This document shows positions 60,014 to 64,000 of a stretch of DNA of 64,000 nucleotides, in pieces (the stretch's first letter is position 1; every line of letters starts with the position of its first letter). The stretch comes from Candidatus Omnitrophota bacterium (GTDB taxonomy: Bacteria; Omnitrophota; Gorgyraeia; B26-G9), in NCBI GenBank assembly GCA_043806135.1, contig JAZDHG010000098.1, positions 1,660-65,659 on the forward strand, in the 5' to 3' direction. Under the pieces are notes generated by a model. It worked only from the letters and a program-made list of their open reading frames with translations. It made no database searches and had not been told where the DNA came from. Position numbers and translations under genes: made by a program.

Positions 60014-62403
60014 TGCTTTTAGATTTAAAACATTTACCAAGGACGGTTAAAATTAAAGTGTTAGAATTATTAAATGCAAAAAGCATAAAAGTCTTTGATT
60101 TCTTCAGGCTTTATTTTCAAAATAAAGCACTCCGGTTTTTATTTCTAAATACATTATCTTTTCTTTTACTTCCTAAAAATAGTAAATATTTTCTTAAGCT
60201 TCTTTTTATTGTCTTCACCGGATTTTTCTTTTTATGTCTGTTGCTGCCAAATGGCCTTTATGCCCAGAATTATTCTGCGCAGCGGTATCCTGGATATGTC
60301 GATGAAGAAGATGAGGAAGAGGTTGCGGAGGAAGATGAATATGAGCCAACAGAACTTAGGGAGACGGTTGTAAAGGGAAGTTATCGTTTTAATTTTGGCG
60401 TTGAAGACAATGATTTTATCTGGAAAGATGCGAATTATCTTTTACAGGAAGGTTCGTGGAGATATTTTTTCGGCGAAAAACGCTATAATACTTATGATCC
60501 GGCCATTTATAATAATCTCAAGCTGACCATAGATTCTCCTTTAAATGAGAAATTGTCGTTTTACACAAAAATAGCGGTTGATCCCTGGTCTTTTGTAGGG
60601 AAATCAAAATTAACGACAATCCCCAGCTGGTATGGTACGACCAATGGTGATGACCCGGTTGAAATACAGTTAAAATACTGGTCTAATTCTGGCCGGCTCT
60701 ATCCGCAAATCGTGCGCTCGGAACAAGGAGACTCGTTTGCTTTGCCGGAGACAAAAGTTGTGGATGACTATACGCAGACGGATAGTGTGTTAAGTGACTG
60801 GGGAGGCGGGACGCACAGGCTCGATCTGCCAAGTTTAGAAATTGACCGCGAATTTAAACCGATAAGAGCTTTATGGTTTGATTTAAAAGAAGATGAATAC
60901 CGGGCCATCCTTTTCCTGTATGCTGAGGAAAACATTTCTATGTGGACGGATGATCCGCTATCGCTGGTCAATAATCATATTGTATGGGAGCCAAGTCCCT
61001 GGCTGAATATGTGGCAGAAAGGGAAACTTTATGGGGCAACAGGCTGGGAGAACGGCACATGGACATTCGACAGCCAACTGCGTGACAGTGAAAGTAACTG
61101 GCTTACACTGCTGCGCGCGTTTCGCTACGAGGGTGAAATCGCTTCGATATATACGGATTTTATGATCGCAGCGCCTATGGACCCATGGGATGATTATGAT
61201 CAGATTAATAATGTCCCAATGGCGGTGCGGTTTAAAAAGGGAATAACAGACTGGCTGACGCTTGGCTCAATCTATACCGCGCGCTGGGGATATGATCTGG
61301 GATCCTATGATGCCTTTGATCAGGCCATGGCCGTAGATAGCGTTGTTGCCGTGAACGAATACCATAATTTAAAACTTGAATATGCGGTTGCGATGACAAA
61401 GCATAATCTCAATGTTGAGGCCCAGAAGACCGCAGAGGATGACTCTGCCTATAAAATGGTAATAGAGAGTGATGTCAATCCATTTGACCTTGAAATAAAA
61501 TCAGACCTTAGCTTTTCCCGCATGGGCAGGGAATTTGAAGCGCCTTTGTCAAACTATACATATACACGTGATGACCTGGCGTGGGGAAGACACCTTTCTT
61601 TTTATAAACGCAGTAAAGAGGAAGAGATGTATCGTGTAGGAAACGGTCTTGATAAGGATAGGCAGGTAGCGGCCTGGGATGTATTCTTTGGCGGATATGA
61701 TGAGGCAGATGCTTATTTTAACTACCGCAATGTTAGAAACGCAACAGACAGCGGCTTTATTGAAAATGTTTTCCGCAATGAATTCTCTTATCAGTACAGT
61801 GATGAATTGTTTTATAAGTTATTGTTTTTGTATCACCAGAGAGATGAGACCGCAGATCATAAAAGCCAGGATACGTCAACAGTGTCTTTGGGATTTCAAT
61901 ATGATTTTTGCCAGTGGATAAGATGGGAGGAAATTTGGGAGAGAACTAATCAGTACCCGGATTATCCGGACAGGATTTATGACTGGCTGACGATCAACCC
62001 TGTGCCGCCTTATCCGAATTATTATATTGTTTCATCGCGACTGATACTTGTTCCCCGTGATTGGGTAGAGATATCTCTGGAAAACACCTACAATGAATTT
62101 GAGCACGCGACAACGCTGGATGATTTTATGAATTATTCAGGGACAACAATTCGTTTTTGGCCCAACCGCAAGTTATCTGCCAATGTGGTTTACCGCTACA
62201 GTAATGTCGCTGATTATCATAGAAATTATAAGAAAATCGGACATCATAATGTATACTTTGATTTTGCTTATGATATATTCAACGATGCCCGCGTCAAACT
62301 GCAATTCAGTGACCTCGGTACTTATATAGAGGGCAGCGGCTGGCAATCCTCAGTATTAGATACGCAGCATATTATACGTTTGATTTATGAAGGAAAATTT
62401 TAG
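60013..62403 (+). CDS. Putative outer-membrane beta-barrel protein (start uncertain)
   Basis: Signal-like segment ending LYA-Q; amphipathic aromatic beta strands; C-terminal beta-signal IRLIYEGKF. Confidence 0.7.
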   Translation: MLLDLKHLPRTVKIKVLELLNAKSIKVFDFFRLYFQNKALRFLFLNTLSFLLLPKNSKYFLKLLFIVFTGFFFLCLLLPNGLYAQNYSAQRYPGYVDEEDEEEVAEEDEYEPTELRETVVKGSYRFNFGVEDNDFIWKDANYLLQEGSWRYFFGEKRYNTYDPAIYNNLKLTIDSPLNEKLSFYTKIAVDPWSFVGKSKLTTIPSWYGTTNGDDPVEIQLKYWSNSGRLYPQIVRSEQGDSFALPETKVVDDYTQTDSVLSDWGGGTHRLDLPSLEIDREFKPIRALWFDLKEDEYRAILFLYAEENISMWTDDPLSLVNNHIVWEPSPWLNMWQKGKLYGATGWENGTWTFDSQLRDSESNWLTLLRAFRYEGEIASIYTDFMIAAPMDPWDDYDQINNVPMAVRFKKGITDWLTLGSIYTARWGYDLGSYDAFDQAMAVDSVVAVNEYHNLKLEYAVAMTKHNLNVEAQKTAEDDSAYKMVIESDVNPFDLEIKSDLSFSRMGREFEAPLSNYTYTRDDLAWGRHLSFYKRSKEEEMYRVGNGLDKDRQVAAWDVFFGGYDEADAYFNYRNVRNATDSGFIENVFRNEFSYQYSDELFYKLLFLYHQRDETADHKSQDTSTVSLGFQYDFCQWIRWEEIWERTNQYPDYPDRIYDWLTINPVPPYPNYYIVSSRLILVPRDWVEISLENTYNEFEHATTLDDFMNYSGTTIRFWPNRKLSANVVYRYSNVADYHRNYKKIGHHNVYFDFAYDIFNDARVKLQFSDLGTYIEGSGWQSSVLDTQHIIRLIYEGKF

Positions 62404-63107
62404 TGAACAGACTTTTAAAGCGCTCCGCTGTAACGCTTATCGAGCTGCTGGTTACTATGGGTATTCTTGTGCTTCTTGTGACCATCCTGTATTCCGTCTT
62501 TAATGTAACTCTTCGCGGCTGGCAAAAGTCTGATAATCTACTGCAGGTTACTACGGCTGCCCGGGTTGCTCTTGATCAAATGTCCAAAGAGATAGCAAGC
62601 TCTATTATAAAAGCAGGCAGTAACTCCTATTATTGCCTGGGGTTTGATAAGAGTTCAGGCAGCGGTTGGAGAACCGACAGTATTGGGGATGAGTTTTACT
62701 TTATTGCGCCTTTAAAACCCGGCAACACTGACGGAGGATCTGACCTGTGTGAAGTCGGATACTGGCTTGACGGGCAAGGCACGGCAGATACAAACGATGA
62801 TAGTCTGAGACGGTTTTATGTTACAGATACAAGGGACCAAGCAGGATCATTATTTGATTTTAATTTTTCCTCTCCATCCGGAAAGTCAAATTCGGATGAA
62901 TTTGTATTTAATGTTATTGGACTTGAATTTGAATTTTATAAAGCCGGGGATCCTACCCCCCAGAATACTTGGGATTCTACAACAGAAGGCGGTCCCCCGG
63001 CAAAGATAAAAATCCGCATAACCGTAGCCTTTGGTAAAGGCAACTCTTCTACTAATCCTGAATTTGCCAGTAAAATTTTCAGCACAGTTGTTTCCTTACC
63101 TCAATAG
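62403..63107 (+). CDS. Type IV pilin-like / GspJ-like pseudopilin
   Basis: KRSA-VTLIELLVTMGILV prepilin motif (E at +5); EVGYWL; C-terminal FSTVVSLP. Confidence 0.8.
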   Translation: MNRLLKRSAVTLIELLVTMGILVLLVTILYSVFNVTLRGWQKSDNLLQVTTAARVALDQMSKEIASSIIKAGSNSYYCLGFDKSSGSGWRTDSIGDEFYFIAPLKPGNTDGGSDLCEVGYWLDGQGTADTNDDSLRRFYVTDTRDQAGSLFDFNFSSPSGKSNSDEFVFNVIGLEFEFYKAGDPTPQNTWDSTTEGGPPAKIKIRITVAFGKGNSSTNPEFASKIFSTVVSLPQ

Positions 63108-63307
63108 GTTATATCCAGGAGTAGTTATCCCAACCAACTTGTTTTTATAAAAAATTCCTCAAAAAATGTGTATAGTGGGATGATTATCCAATCTTTTTAT
63201 TGGAAACCTAACGTATTTATTTACAGCGAGTTAAAATTAAATACGCTGAGGGTCAAGAAGCAAAGCTTTTATGTTCTTTTTTATATAGCAGATACTAGGC
63301 GATTTGA

Positions 63308-63336
63308 TTGACAATCATGACCTTTTTTGTTATATT
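63308..63336 (+). promoter_or_regulatory. Putative sigma70 promoter
   Basis: TTGACA-17 nt-TATATT with TG extension. Confidence 0.55.
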
Positions 63337-63500
63337 ATTTTCAAATCAAAATAATCTAACTATTTATATTTACAATCTATTGCGATAAATTTTATTTTTG
63401 CAATTATGCTAAATTCATATAATAAAGAGAGCTATTTTAGTGAATGTTCGCGGTGTTCCTAGGCGCTGATACCTATTGTAGCCACTCCTGAATATTTGAT

Positions 63501-63639
63501 GGCACTGTTGAAAAACACACATCTGATGCGTTAAACGCTAGCTTACTTGTGCGGCGTACGACGAGTATGCCTCCGCGTTCGTTCCCGAATGCCTTGCCTG
63601 TGCCCAGAAGGGTACATCTGCACATTTTGTAACAGCGCC
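63501..63639. mobile_element. MITE-like element
   Basis: TIRs GGCACTGTTGAAAAA / TTTTGTAACAGCGCC; TTGAT duplicated on both flanks. Confidence 0.7.
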
Positions 63640-63689
63640 TTGATTGCCCCAGATGTAAACCAGGAAAGTTATCCCTATGTGTCTAATAG

Positions 63690-63831
63690 GGGGCTGTTGA
63701 AAAACACAGTTCTATACAGAACAGCGCAGATTAAAGATACGAGATAATCACAGATTATCGAAGAGCGATCTGCGATCATCAGTGAAACATCCGTGATCAT
63801 CTGCGCGGCTGTGTTGTTTTGTAACAGAGCC
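63690..63831. mobile_element. MITE-like element with related TIRs and a different interior
   Basis: GGGGCTGTTGAAAAA / TTTTGTAACAGAGCC; flanks AATAG/AATAT; interior has CAGAT/ATCTG inverted units. Confidence 0.6.
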
Positions 63832-63852
63832 AATATATAAGGGTTCAAGATA

Positions 63853-64000
63853 ATGTACAAAGTTATTCTTACAGTTTTATCCAGCGCCTTCGTATTATGT
63901 TTATGGCTGCTGCCTGTTTTGGAAAAACTTGCCAAAAAAAAAGGTCTTATTACCCATGAATCTCCTGAAAAAATTGACAAAAGGAAAATCCCGTATATTG
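63853..64000 (+). CDS. 5' end of a probable WecA/MraY-family polyprenyl-phosphate sugar-1-phosphate transferase (truncated)
   Basis: Own translation MYKVILTVLSSAFVLCLWLLPVLEKLAKKKGLITHESPEKIDKRKIPYI resembles the TM1..K..P.GG N-terminus of this family. Confidence 0.55.
   Translation, partial: MYKVILTVLSSAFVLCLWLLPVLEKLAKKKGLITHESPEKIDKRKIPYI

Noticed and set aside
63547-63747. 66-aa + strand ORF
   Set aside because: It runs across two MITE-like elements and lacks coding features.
551-63980. Numerous 60-207 aa minus-strand and alternate-frame ORFs in the ORF track
   Set aside because: Nearly all are shadows of longer motif-bearing + strand genes and none shows a recognisable motif.
1-64000. 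tRNA or rRNA genes
   Set aside because: No cloverleaf/T-loop signature or rRNA-like segment was seen in the intergenic regions (by eye only).

Overview
AT-rich bacterial window in which every credible gene lies on the + strand. The gene style (giant multidomain ORFs) suggests Candidatus Omnitrophota/PVC, which is inference only. Positions 1-49.3 kb hold an array of probable exported proteins with a shared leader (..Q/N-SFL-x-x-D-I-A-W/F-A-G..(D)TL(S/A)(A)P) and a shared C-terminal tail (..QAI/NAI/SAI/ASL-stop) around unrelated cargo. The largest is a 9129-aa protein fusing a SecA-like ATPase, two M23 peptidases, LysMs, a six-hairpin glycosidase-like domain, YD-like repeats and an FKS/callose-synthase-like (GT48) glucan synthase. 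Interspersed are a PilZ gene, a palindrome-flanked Y1/RAYT transposase, a 2509-aa carbamoyltransferase/radical-SAM fusion and an MNT-HEPN toxin-antitoxin pair between duplicated promoter blocks. Positions 49.7-63.1 kb hold a glycan cluster: sugar MFS, two GH-A hydrolases, two CBM-like proteins, TPR-PKD, PilZ-glycosidase, OM beta-barrel and a pilin-like protein. Together with the GT48 domain this resembles a c-di-GMP-controlled, synthase-dependent beta-glucan system. The window ends in the start of a WecA/MraY-like gene. All domain calls are from motif reading by eye; no searches were run.
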